DNA of 35,466 bases from assembly GCF_000372725.1 (NCBI RefSeq), contig NW_005201277.1, positions 332,511 through 367,976 of the forward strand, given 5' to 3'. The position numbers and the translations under genes are program-made. Source of the stretch: Emiliania huxleyi CCMP1516. Lineage: Eukaryota. Positions 8,121-19,106 of the stretch are shown here, in pieces. Within the stretch, counting starts at the first letter, position 1. Each line of letters opens with the position of its first letter. A model generated the notes under the pieces. It searched no databases. It was not told the DNA's origin and was given only the letters and a program-made list of their open reading frames with translations.

Positions 8121-8900
8121 ATGCGTCGTTCGCTTCTGCTCCTGTTCGCGGGCGCGCCGCTGGCCTACGCGCCAGCCGCGCTGCAAGGCAAGGAGCTTTA
8201 CGAGGCGCTCTATGCGACCGGCTGGGGCAAGGACACGCGCGTAAGCCAGGGCGCGAAGTTGCTGCACACCATCAGGAATATGAGACGGCAAGGTGCCGCC
8301 ATCGATTCGGTGCTGGACGTGGGCTGCTCGCACGGCAATGTGGTCGCGGAGCTTTGGCAGTCGGGCATCGTGGCGTCTGGCGTGGACATTGCCCGTGGGG
8401 CCGCCGACTTGGCAACCTCGCTGCACAAGCCGCCACACGGCCGCGCGAGCTGCAACGGCGAGGGCAGGCCGTGCTTCCAGGCGGCCAGCGCCACAAGCCT
8501 GCCCTTTCGCGATGGCGCATTCGATGCGATTGCGAGCTCTGACGTCCTCGAGCACGTGGATCCGTCCGATGTGCGTGCGGCGACGGCCGAGTTTGCCCGC
8601 GTGGCGCGAAACTTTCTCGTCCTCAAGATTGCCAACCGTCCCGAAGGCAGCACGCTCTCGGGCTCGCGCGCGGGCGTCGGCAAATTTCAGGGGCGCACGT
8701 TTAAGGACGCGTTGCATCAGCAGGGCTACGCGGACCGATTACCGACGCAGCTGCACACGACCGTCAAGGGTAACGAGTTCTGGCACGAGGAATTCAGGCG
8801 GGTGGGCTTTGCGCTGAATCGGACAATACCCGATGCTTCGTGGGCATGCTGCGCCTACGTGCTCCACCGCATCGAGCCGTATCGTCCGTCGAAAGAGTGA
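8121..8900 (+). CDS. Secreted or lumenal class I SAM-dependent methyltransferase
   Basis: Signal peptide MRRSLLLLFAGAPLAYA; motif I VLDVGCSHG; GVDIA; SLPFRDGAFDAIASSDVLEHV. Confidence 0.85.
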   Translation: MRRSLLLLFAGAPLAYAPAALQGKELYEALYATGWGKDTRVSQGAKLLHTIRNMRRQGAAIDSVLDVGCSHGNVVAELWQSGIVASGVDIARGAADLATSLHKPPHGRASCNGEGRPCFQAASATSLPFRDGAFDAIASSDVLEHVDPSDVRAATAEFARVARNFLVLKIANRPEGSTLSGSRAGVGKFQGRTFKDALHQQGYADRLPTQLHTTVKGNEFWHEEFRRVGFALNRTIPDASWACCAYVLHRIEPYRPSKE

Positions 8901-9329
8901 ACACGGCGGCGATTCTTTCGGTGGGGCGACACGGGGAAGCGGCATGCGCAGGGCGCCGCGCATGGTGCTGTCGCGCAGCCGGTACACTGTAAACTCAGCG
9001 GCGGCTCCGTCGCGCGCACAGTCCCACCGGACAGACTGCGCTGCGGACTGAGCTCATGAGAGGCGCGATGCTCACGGAAGGGACCGGACCCATGACGGTT
9101 ATTGCACACCAGGCCTTTTTGCTGTGGTCGCATTGCCTGTGCAAAACACTGCACACGTACACTCTTGACGATCGGACTCGCACGGGTCCGCGCACACACA
9201 CCGCCGCGCCGGCCGCCCACGCGGCGGGCTCACGGCATCAGGACCAGCTCGCACACACGGACTTCTTGGGGCTCCCTGTACACTGTAGCATTCGTCGTTC
9301 CCCGCGCACACGCGCCACACAGCCCACAC

Positions 9330-9428
9330 ATGCGCTCCCCGCTCCCGTTCCCCTGTGTCCCTGATCGTCCTTACAAGATCCTGCTCGTGCAGGTGGGGAC
9401 CCTGTCCTTCTCCCACCCCTCGTTTGGC
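9330..9428. repeat. Dispersed about 100-bp SINE-like repeat, copy 1
   Basis: ATGCGCTCCCC.CTCCCGTTCCCCTG...ATCCTGCTCGTGCAGGTGGGGACCCTGTCC...CCCTCGTTTGG recurs at 33701-33800. Confidence 0.85.
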
Positions 9429-9524
9429 GTGTACGTTCTTTATTATTTATTAACGAACTTAAGAAGAAGAAGAAAAAACACGCGGCACGGCGCCTAGGAA
9501 GGCACCCACAAATCGCCAACAGCG

Positions 9525-11888
9525 ATGGTGGGAAAACGGGCTGGTGCACGAGAGCTTGGCGCAGGTTCCCTGAGCTGCTCCGACGCGGTCGTGCTAGCGG
9601 CGGAGCGAGGCGAGGAGGAGGCGGTGCTGGAGTGGCTTCATGGCGGCGGGCGGGCCGACGCGACGTACGAGAGAGGCGGCGTGAGCGGCCAAACGCTGCT
9701 GATGGACGCCGCCCTTAGCGGCAACGAGCGGGTGGTCGAGTTGCTGCTGCGGCACGGGGCGAAGGTCAACCAGCAGAGCAGCAGCGGCCTCACCGCGCTG
9801 ATGCTCGCCGCCTTCTTCAACCACCCCGCCGTCATGCGCCGCTTGCTGCGGGCGGGCGCTGACACGGCAGCGCGCAGTGCGAGAGGCCAGACAGCGCTGC
9901 AGCTGGCCAAGGAGCAGGGCTACACCGAGTGCGTCAAGGCCTTGTCGGAGGCGGCCTCGGAGGGCCGGGCAGGGGCGGGCGGCGCCACCTCGGGCGCGGC
10001 AGCGGCAGCGGCAGCGGTGGACGCGCCGCTGCTCGGACAGCGAGTCGAGCTCGGCGGCCTCTCTGCCCGCCCCGAGCTGAACGGGAAGCGGGGCGTGGCG
10101 CAGAGCTTCGAGGGCGGGCGGTACGCGGTGGTGCTCGAAGGCGGCGGCGAGAGCGTGCGGGTGCGGCCGGGCAATCTGTCTCCAGCGGTGTTGAGCGGTG
10201 GCGTGGCAGCCCCCGATGCGGTCGTGGCAGCGGTTGAGCGAGGCGAGGAGGAGGCGGTGCTAGCGTGGATTGACAGCGGCGGGCGGGCCGACGCGACGTA
10301 CGAGAGATGCGAGGTGATACGCACGCTGCTGATGGTCGCCGCCCTGCTCGGCCACGAGCGGGTGGTCAAGCTGCTGCTGCAGCACGGCGCGGAGGTCAAC
10401 CTGCAGAACAGCAACGGCGACACCGCGCTGATGGAAGCCGCCAGCGACGGCCACGAGCGGTTGGTCGACTTGCTGCTCCGGCACGGCGCGGATGTCAACC
10501 TGCGGGACAGCCTCGGCTACACCGCGCTGATGAACGCCGCCTTCTTCAACCACCCCGCCGTCGTGCGGCGCTTGCTGCGGGCGGGCGCAGACACGGCGAC
10601 GCGCACCACGAGCGGCATGACGGCGCTGCATTGGGCCAAGGAGAAGGGCCACGCCGAGTGCGTCGAGGCCTTCAGGCAGCACGTCAAGGAGGCGGTGGCG
10701 GCGGGACGGCCCACGGCGACGGCAGCCGGTGGCGAAGGCGCAGGCGGCGCCTCCTCCGGCGGCGCTTCCTCGGCTGGATCGAGAGTCGCGAAGACGCTAT
10801 CTCCAGCGGTGGCGGCGGGGCGGGCGTCGAGCGGTGTCGGGGCAGCAGCGGAACGTGGCGAGGAGGAGGCGGTGCTGGAGTGGCTTGACGGCGGCGGGCG
10901 GGCCGACGCGACGTACGAGAGAGGCGATGTGAGTGGCATCACGCTGCTGATGGGCGCCGCCCTGGCAGGCCACGAGCGGGTGGTCGAGCTGCTGCTCCGG
11001 CGCGGCGCTGAGGTCGACCTGCAGAGCGACTTCGGCGGCACCGCGCTGCTGCTCGCCGCCGGCCAAGGCCACGAGCGGGTGGTCGACTTGCTGATACGGC
11101 ACGGCGCAGAGATCAACCTGCAGAACAGCGTCGGCCTCACTGCGCTGATGCACGCCGCCTTCCACGACCACCCCGCCGTCGTGCGGCGCTTGCTGCGGGC
11201 GGGCGCAGATGCTGCGGCGCGCAGTGCGAGCGGCAAGACGGCGCTTCAGTGCGCCAAGGAGAAAGGTCACGCCGAGTGCGTGCGCGCCCTCGAGGAGCAC
11301 TCGTCGACCGCAGCAGAGGCTGAGGGGGAGACGGCGGTCGCAGAATCAGCCGAGCAGGCCGCGGCGGCCGCACGCGAGGCGGCAGCGGCGGCGGCGGCGG
11401 CAGAGGCGCGCGATGCTGCCGAGGCGGCGCTGCGCGAGGCGGTCGAGGCGTGCGAGCGAGGCGATGCCGATCTCGAGGCGCTCAGGGCGGCGATCAATGC
11501 GAACACCGAAATCGCCGACGGCTCCGAGGCGCTGCGGGCGGCGCGGCAGCTGCGCGACGAGCTGGCGGAGCGCAGGGCCCGCGAGGCCAGGGCGCTGAAG
11601 CGGCAGCGGCAGAAGGAGGAGAAGGCTGCGGCGAGGCAGGCGGAGGCGGCTGAGCGGGCGGCGGAGGAGGCGCGGGCGGCGGACGAGGCGCGGGCGGCTG
11701 ACGAGGCGCGGGCGGCTGAGGCAGCTGCGGAGGCGCGGGCGGCGCGGGCGGCGGAGGAGGCGGAGGCGGCGTCGCGGGCAAGGGAGGAGGCAGAGGCGAG
11801 GGCAAGGGAGGAGGCAGAGGCGAGGGCAAGGGAGGAGGCGGCAAGGGAGAGGGAAGAAGCGAGGGAGAGGGCGGAAGCGGAGGCGGAG

Positions 11889-11920
<32 letters not shown>

Positions 11921-13595
11921 TGTAGAGGCGGCAGTGGCGGCCGTGGCGGCGGCGGAGGCTCAAGAGGCGGCGGCAGCGGAGGCGGCGGCAGCGGCGGCGG
12001 CAGCGGCAGCGTCGGCGGCGGCGAGCGTCGCCGCCCTCGCCGCCGCCGCCGCGCCGCCCGCCGCCGTCCCTCTCGACGAGCTCATCGCGGCGACCGACGG
12101 CTTTGCCGAGGCGCGCAAGGTGGGCGAGGGCGGTTTCGGGCGCGTCTACCGCGCCGACGCGCTGCCGTCGCTGCCGCGTGTCGCTTGCGGGTTCGCCGTC
12201 AAGACGGCGCTGGTCGGTGTCGGCGCGCAAGGCCTCGCCGAGCTGCAGAGCGAGGTGCGCACCCTCAGCGCGGCGTGCCACCCGTCCCTCCTCCCTCTGC
12301 TCGGCGTCTGCTTGGCACCGGCGAGAGCTTGCCTCGTCTACCCCCTCTGCCGCGGCGGCAGCCTCGAGGACCGCATCTACCGCACTCCAGCTGCACTGCA
12401 GCGGCTCCGCATGCTCGGCTTCGAGACGCCGCCTCCGCAGTTGTCGTCCCTCGAACGGCTCCGCGTGCTGCGCGACGCGGCGAGCGCGCTGCATTACCTG
12501 CACACGCTCTCGCCGATGATTCTTCACCGCGACGTGTCGGCGGGCAACATCCTGCTCGACGAGCGCGGCAATGGATTCCTCGCCGACGTGGGCCTCGCGC
12601 GCGCGGCGGAGGCGACGGCCGGGCAGGTCTCGCACCTGTCGACGCAGCGGATCTTTGGCAAGCCCGGCTACATGGACCCGATCATCATGCAGGACAACCA
12701 AGCGTCTCAGCTGACCGACGGCTATGCGCTCGGCATCACGCTGCTCGTCGCCCTGACCGGCCGCGGCGCCGTCGGCTTGCTCAACGCGTGCGACGATGCA
12801 TTGGAGGAGCCCGACACGGCGGAGAGCATCGCGGCGGCCGACGCGGGCTGGTCGGCGGCGCAGGCAGAGGAGCTGGCGCGGCTCGTGGTTGGGCTGGCTC
12901 TCGTGAGGAAGAAGAGGCGGATGCCGCTCGCAGAGGCGCTGCCGCGGCTGGAGGCGCTGGCCGAGGCGGCGGAGGAGATGGCGGCATCGCCGCCACCGAG
13001 CCTCGCGGGGGCGCCGGCGGTGGCAGCCGAGGCGGACGCGGACGCGGAGCGCCAGTGCGACTTGTGCTGGTCAGCGCCGCGCTCGGTGCGCTTCGCTTGC
13101 GGCCACGCGCTGTACTGCGAGGCATGTGCGCCGCGCGTGCTGGAGCGCGACACCAACTGCCCGGCCTGCCGCCAGCCGGCGTTTCCCATCGCCGCAGTCG
13201 GAGCGCATGTTGCGGCGCAGACCACGTTCGTCCACCAGCCGCCTGCGCGCGCTGGGCCAGCCGCAGCCCGTAGCCCGCAACCCGCGGGCGGTCGCGGCGG
13301 GGCCGACATCGACGCCCACATCTCTCGGGCACGGCCGAGGCAGGCGGCAAGGGAGACGGCAGCTGTGAGGGAGAGGGAGGCAGCTGTCATGGCGGCTGCG
13401 GCGAGGGCGAGGGCAGTGGAGAGGCTGATGCAGCAGCAGCAGCAGCAGTCGCAGCAGTCGCAGCAGTCGCAGTCGCAGCAGCAGCAGCAGTCGCGCGGAT
13501 GGCGTGGCGGGCGTGGCGGGCGTGGCGGCCGAGGCGGCCGAGGCGGCCGAGGCGGGCGTGGCGGACGCGGTGGGCGTGGCGGAAGTGTTGGGTGA
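9525..13595 (+). CDS. Ankyrin-repeat / SH3-like barrel / coiled-coil / RLK-Pelle(IRAK)-like kinase / RING-finger protein with polyQ and RGG tail
   Basis: 1356-aa intronless ORF. Three ankyrin blocks; GQRVELGGLSARPELNGKRG module; Glu/Ala/Arg coiled coil; kinase motifs ELIAATDGF...GEGGFGRVY, AVK, HRDVSAGNILLD, DVGLAR, GKPGYMDP; RING CDLC...CGH..YC..C...CPACR; (RGG)n. Confidence 0.9.
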
Positions 13596-14171
13596 TTTTG
13601 GGCGTTGCCCGGTGGCACGCTGGCACAGCTCACATGCATGCTTATGCGTTGCATCCGTTTTTTGCTTTCGCGTTTCGGATTCGGTGTCTTGGGGGTCTCG
13701 TCTCATAAACTTCTCTCAAAAACACCGAGATGCGAGAGAAATACAGTAACCACCTTCGTACACAGGTTCTCACTCAGAGAATGCCCAGAAGCCCACTCAC
13801 AGCTCACACAGCTCACGTAAGCACAGCATGGCACCCCCTCGAAGTTCCCTCCAACGCGCAAATTCCCTCTCCCAACTCTCAAAAACGACTCTCTGCCGTC
13901 GACTCGGTGGCACAACGATGCGTTCGGCTCGCTCGCGCCGCCACGTGTTGGAGTGAAATGGAGCTAGCCATTATTTATGTGCGAGTGTCGCTCACAATCC
14001 TTCGTTCGTTCGACTTCTAGGATTGCGAGCGAGGCTGCTTGCAATCCAACACTTGCAGAAAAGAAGGTTCAGCACCAGTGTGCGTGCCTCCGCTCAAAAA
14101 CGAAGAATAGCGGTAAGCTGCGGTCCGACCGATCCGATGCCACCGACCGACTCGCGCTGACGGGAAGACGC

Positions 14172-14310
14172 GCACTTGGAGCACTTGGAGTGCAGTCGGT
14201 AACCTCACATCCAGGGCCGGGGAGCTCAGAAGCGCACCCAGCGGGCCGGATGATCGGCATCGGGTTACGGGCTAGAGAGCCCTAGCCCCGGGGGTGCGCG
14301 TTCGCAGGGC
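14172..14310. repeat. 139-bp dispersed repeat, copy 1 (copy 2 at 34594-34732)
   Basis: 137 of 139 bases identical between the copies. The GGAGCACTTGG head motif also occurs at about 19112 and 20262. Confidence 0.95.
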
Positions 14311-14422
14311 AAGGGCCGAAAGTAAGGGTGTTCAATTTTTCTCCCGGCGCCTGTGTCGAGCCCTTAAGCTGCCCACACACGACGCTCGACACGCCCCCCC
14401 CGGGGGGGGGCCTCGTAGGGTG

Positions 14423-15115
14423 TCACACGATGTAGAATAGGAGCAAGCTGCCGGCCAGGGCGAAGACGAGCGTGGTCGGGAATGCGAAGGCGAGGTGGCG
14501 GAAGAAGGTGAACTCGTAGCCGGTACGCGCGGCCTTCTCGGCGACGATGAGGTTGGCGATCGAGCCGACGAGCGTGAGGTTGCCGGCGACGGTGCTCGAG
14601 AAGGCCAGGATCACCCAGCCCGTCTCGACGACGATCGACGGATCGAGCTTCATCATCTGGCCCGAGAGGAGCATCACGGTGGGCACGTTGGAGCAGATGT
14701 TGGACAGGATGAGCACGAGGATGGCGAAGACGCAGACATCCTTCGGCGAGTCGAAGTCGAGGCCGACGCCCTTGATCGACTTCGCAAGGTCGAAGATCTC
14801 CTGCGGCAGCCCCGTGAGGCGCGAGCCCGCGATGACGACGAAGAGGCCACCGATCATCACGAGGAGCGGACCGTCCACGTAGCCGAGGATGACGGTCGGG
14901 TCGCGGCTGCGCGGCTGCAGGTAGGCCTCCGCGATTGCGAGCACGCCCGCGGCCGTCAGCGCCACCCACGCGATCGACGAGGTGAAGAGGAAGCCGACGA
15001 GCAGGCCGGACAGCACGACGTACACTCCGATGCGACGACGCGCATCGCGCTGGCCGACGAAGTGCGCCCGGATCGGGTCGGCGGTGCTGGTGGCCACCAG
15101 CGTGTCGACGAACGA
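14423..15115 (-). pseudogene. C-terminal half of an Lsi2-like (ArsB/CitMHS family) transporter; upstream exons not found
   Basis: Multi-TM exon after acceptor CAG at 15116 with LSNICSNVPTVMLL, W.ILAFSSTVAGNLTLVGSIANLIVAE and FTFFRHL.F.FPTTL. No N-terminal GNPQN half found before WDR92. Confidence 0.75.
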
Positions 15116-16074
15116 CTGCGCAGAACCTTGGCGACGTCCGAGCTGCGGGGGCAGAAGCCTTGCGGGGTCGAGTCCCCGCCGCTTCGATGGTAGAGGCCGT
15201 CGGGAGTGCATTCGGACTCGGTGGCTAAATCGGACGTGCACTCGGCGTTGGTGGGGAGCAGCAGACGATGAAGATTGGCGACCAGCCGGTTTTAAGGTCC
15301 CTCCGGCCAGTTTGGGGGGGCAAACCCAGCCCGCCCCCTAGAACCCCGGGTAAGGCCCAGGTGTGGCCTAGGGCATCAGAAGGGACCAAGAGGAGTCCAG
15401 TCTGAGCCATAGAGCCCATGTCTTTGCCCCCGAAGGTCGCGTTCAAATGCCCGGAACGGCCGTCTCAGTGGTGTCCGGCCGGCGCGATCACCGAGCTGTG
15501 ACGCTCAGGGAAGACTGATGAGGTGCTGGTTTCTTTGCCCAGGCCTGGCCTTCCCCCCAGGCTGGATGGATCAGCTGAGCAAGGTTTGGGGAGAATCCCC
15601 CATTCAGATCTTCAGATATTTTGACGGATGACCGAAAATGGGCATGACGCGAGCGAGAGCACCTGCAGCGGCGCCTCGATCAAGATGCCGATCGCCATTG
15701 ACCTTGCTCGAGCCGCGGCGGGGCCGTGAATGAAAGTGAAGCGTGTCAGGATCGGCTGCTCGGCTGTGAACTGACCTCGCTGTGAATGTGACCGCCGTCA
15801 CAGACACTATTGTCCATGAATGGTAAGACTGAGAGTAGAGTAGAATCGGGTCGAGCGACCGGCCCAGTCGACCGTCCCCTAGGTAGGTAGGTGTCCCCTC
15901 CCCTCTGCAGAGCCCGCGAGACCTAAAGGATTCACGCCTCTCAATCCTGCCGTTGGGCTTCGAGTTGGAGCCCGGCACACCTCCGCCCTCACCTCTCCTG
16001 CCCGCCCGCCCCTCCAAACGTCCGCCCTCGAACCACCAGCCCACCGCTCCGCATCGTACGCCGCTCCGCGGACG

Positions 16075-18228
16075 ATGGTCGACGTCACCTCCAAGGTGCA
16101 GATCATCGAGCACGTCAACAAGCCGCTCTCGCAGACCGTCTATGACACCAAGTGGGTGCCGTGCTCCGCGCGGTTCGTCTCGCTCGGCACCCCGGCTCGG
16201 CAGACGGGACTCATCCACGTGTACTCCCTCACGGCCGGCGACATCGAGCTGCAGGTGCCGCCGCCACGCCCACCCACCCGCCCCCCGCCGGCCAGCGCGC
16301 CCGAGCGCCGCGCCCTCGCCGGCCGCAGGCGGAGCTTGAGCGTCCAAAGGCGTTCAAGTGCGGGACGTTTGGCGCGTCGTCCATCGCGGAGCGCCATCTC
16401 GCGACCGGCGACTTTGCGGGCGGCGTCGCCCTCTGGGACCTCGAGCGGCTGCAAGAGCCTCTCATTGCGACGCAGGGCCACGAGGCCATCATCAACTGCA
16501 TCGACGGGTGCGGCGGGCTGAAGGGCGCCGGGGCGCCCGAGATCGCGACGGGCGGGCGCGACGGCGCCGTCCACGTCTGGGACCCGCGCCAGCGGGACCG
16601 GCCGGTCGCGTCCATGCTGCCCGAGGAGGGTGCTCCGGCGCGCGGCTCCAGATGCGGAATATCTCCCCATATCTCCCCAGATCTCGAGGCCCAGCTGCGG
16701 GAAACGGAGGTCTGTACTCCGACTGGCGCTCGCGAGGGCGCGCATTCGGCCGTGCTCGGCTGTACTCACTGTACTCGCCGCCCTCGGATGCACGCGATGC
16801 TCCGAAAACACTGCACGGCGCCGTCTTGACTTTTGCCTTCGGTGTATCGACGCCGCGGCGCAGGTGCGAGACTGCTGGGCGGTCGCGTTCGGCGACGCGC
16901 ACAGCGCGGACAGCCGAGTGGTGGCGGCCGGGTACGACGACGGCGACGTGAAGCTGCTCGACCTACTCGATACTGACTAACATAGACTAGTGTTGATCAG
17001 GTACGACAACGGCGACGTGAAGCTGCTCGACCTGGTCGCCGGCAAGCTGCGCTTCGAGACCAATGTGAGCAACGGCGTCTGCGGGGTCGAGTTTGACCGC
17101 AACGACATCGAGATGAACAAGCTGGTCGCGCGCGCCGCCCGCTGCCTCGGCGGTGGGCGAGAGAAAGCACCCGACGTGTATTTCTTTTTTTAGGCGCGCC
17201 GCGCGCACTCTCGTCCTGCCGCTGTGAACGGCGTCTCTTCACACCTGCCGCTGCGAACAGGCGCCGCGGCTCCTCTGTCGCTACGAGTGGGAGCGCGCGC
17301 GTCTCTTCACCGCACGCGGTGTGAGCAGGTCCTCACAAACAGACAACGCGTCGGCCCAGACCGCATGCACACAACACAGTCGAGAGAGTGGACAGACAGA
17401 CCGCGATCGGCTAGTGGGCGAGAGAGGAGGAGCAGACAGACAGAGATCGACTAGTCGGACATGCAACGCAGGTCCTCACGACGCTCGAGTCGCGCTACCG
17501 CCTCTACGACATGCGGACGCACCACCCCGTGCACGGCTACTCCTTCCTCTCGCAGGCGCCGCCACGGAGGGAGAGGAGACCTCGGGCGGGGCACGCTGCG
17601 CAGCACACCGGGGCGACAGGACAGGGCACTCCGCACCGGGGCACACACCGCGGCAAACCGTAGACGCCGACACCCACCACAGGGTGGTTTCACTGTGACT
17701 TCCCGCCCAGAGTCAACTCCCCGCCGACGCACACGCCCCGAGAGCCGTCTCATGGCGTGATTGCGCCATCACTGTGCGCAAGCTGTTCACACCTGCCATC
17801 ACCTGCCGCTGTGAACGGCGTCTCTTCACACCTGCCATCACTGTGCGCAAGTTGTTGTGCGGGCTCTCCAGCACGCCCACTCAACCCCGCGCTTGTACCA
17901 CCGCCCCCCCCCCCGGCCCCGCCGCCTTGCCTGGCCGCTGTCTGGCCGTTGGGAGGCACTATTGCCGCCACCGAGGGAGAGTACAATGGTGGAGTCACCG
18001 AGAGCGGCTGCCGCCGCCGCCTCTTGCGCGGCGTCACATGCGTCGGACTCTCTCACGTCCGCAGGTGTGAAGAGACGCCGTTCACAGCGGCAGGTGTGAA
18101 GACTCTCTCACGTCCGCTCTTCTCTCGCAGGAGGCGCACCAGTCGACCGTCTGGGCGGCGCGCCACCTGCCGCAGAACCGCGACGTCTTCATGACGTGCG
18201 GCGGCAACGGCTCGCTCGAGCTGTGGAG

Positions 18229-18302
<74 letters not shown>

Positions 18303-18797
18303 GCGCGCGCGCACACACACACATACGCACACACACACTCACGCGCACCGGGCCTTGCACTTTTGGTGCCGTGGGGCTCCTGCCCTTTAGACGTGGAGTC
18401 GCGAGGGTTGCCCCCCCCCTTCCCAAGTTAACCTCACCTCACCTGACCTTTAGGTACTCTTACCCCGCGCAGCGCTCGATCAAAGACAAGGACGGCCACG
18501 CCAAGGCGCGGACCCTTCCGAGACTCTTCCTAGACCCCCCCGTCCAAGACCCCCCCGAGTGGACGTCGCGGAGGAGCGGCGGCGGGGCGCCGCTCCTCTC
18601 CATCCTCTGACTCCGCCCTCCTGCCGTCCCTCGCCAAGGGCGTGCTCGGCACGGTGACGCAGCTGCAAAAGAAGAAATTCTCCACGCAGCCGATCGCCTC
18701 CTTCGACTGGCACGCCGACAAGGAGGGCCTCGCGGTGATGGGCGTGCTCGACCAAACGGTGCGCGTGCTGCTCTGCACAAAGCTGAACTTGGTGTGA
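16075..18797 (+). CDS. WDR92: WD repeat protein 92 (dynein axonemal assembly factor 10 / Monad), 8 exons
   Basis: Exons 16075-16254, 16329-16637, 16864-16931, 17001-17124, 17472-17555, 18131-18228, 18454-18505 and 18639-18797 join in frame. They encode [65 protein letters not shown] and TKLN. Confidence 0.93.
17765..18117. mobile_element. Short intronic insertion element (core CACCTGCCGCTGTGAACGGCGTCTCTTCACAC); two opposite-orientation copies, each between direct repeats; third copy at about 17215-17250
   Basis: 17783-17833 lies between two GCCATCACTGTGCGCAAG copies; 18063-18100 lies between two GACTCTCTCACGTCCGC copies. 17800-17835 is the reverse complement of 18061-18096. Confidence 0.7.
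18230..18345. repeat. (CA)n/(CACG)n microsatellite in WDR92 intron 6
   Basis: Long CA tract starting at the GC donor at 18229. Confidence 0.95.
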
Positions 18798-19106
18798 GCC
18801 GGGCGGCGCCGGAGACCGGAGACCGTGCTCACGTAATTTTGTATTTGCATGGGCGAGGGGGGGGAGGGTCGCTGGGGGAACCCGCGTGGGAGTTCTCTGC
18901 TGCTTTGTGTGTTTCAACTGTGTCTGATAGCTGATAGGTTATTTCAGCGTTTCACGACGACCCTTTACGAAGCCACCCGTGCCACGACCGGGGGCGCGGG
19001 CGGGGCGCGAGTGCCGAGTCGCGAGAGTGTGCGGAGTGGGTCGGAGTGGCGAGTGGCGACATGAATGTCCCCGCCACAATCAACAGAATTACCTTTCTCT
19101 TTATCG

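Noticed and set aside
8016..8717. N-terminal 234 aa of the 718-aa minus-strand ORF
   Set aside because: It is the antisense shadow of the methyltransferase; the credible start is the ATG at 8015, before the TM segment.
11346..13654. Long antisense and alternative-frame ORFs over the kinase gene (likewise 29603-31387)
   Set aside because: Expected in very GC-rich coding DNA; Arg-rich with no domain motifs.
14392..14410. C8-G9 palindrome downstream of the transporter stop
   Set aside because: A homopolymer hairpin with no supporting context; bacterial-type terminators are not relevant here.
15160..15235. tRNA-like T-arm hairpin GCGGGGTCGAGTCCCCGC
   Set aside because: No cloverleaf, D-arm or anticodon arm could be built.
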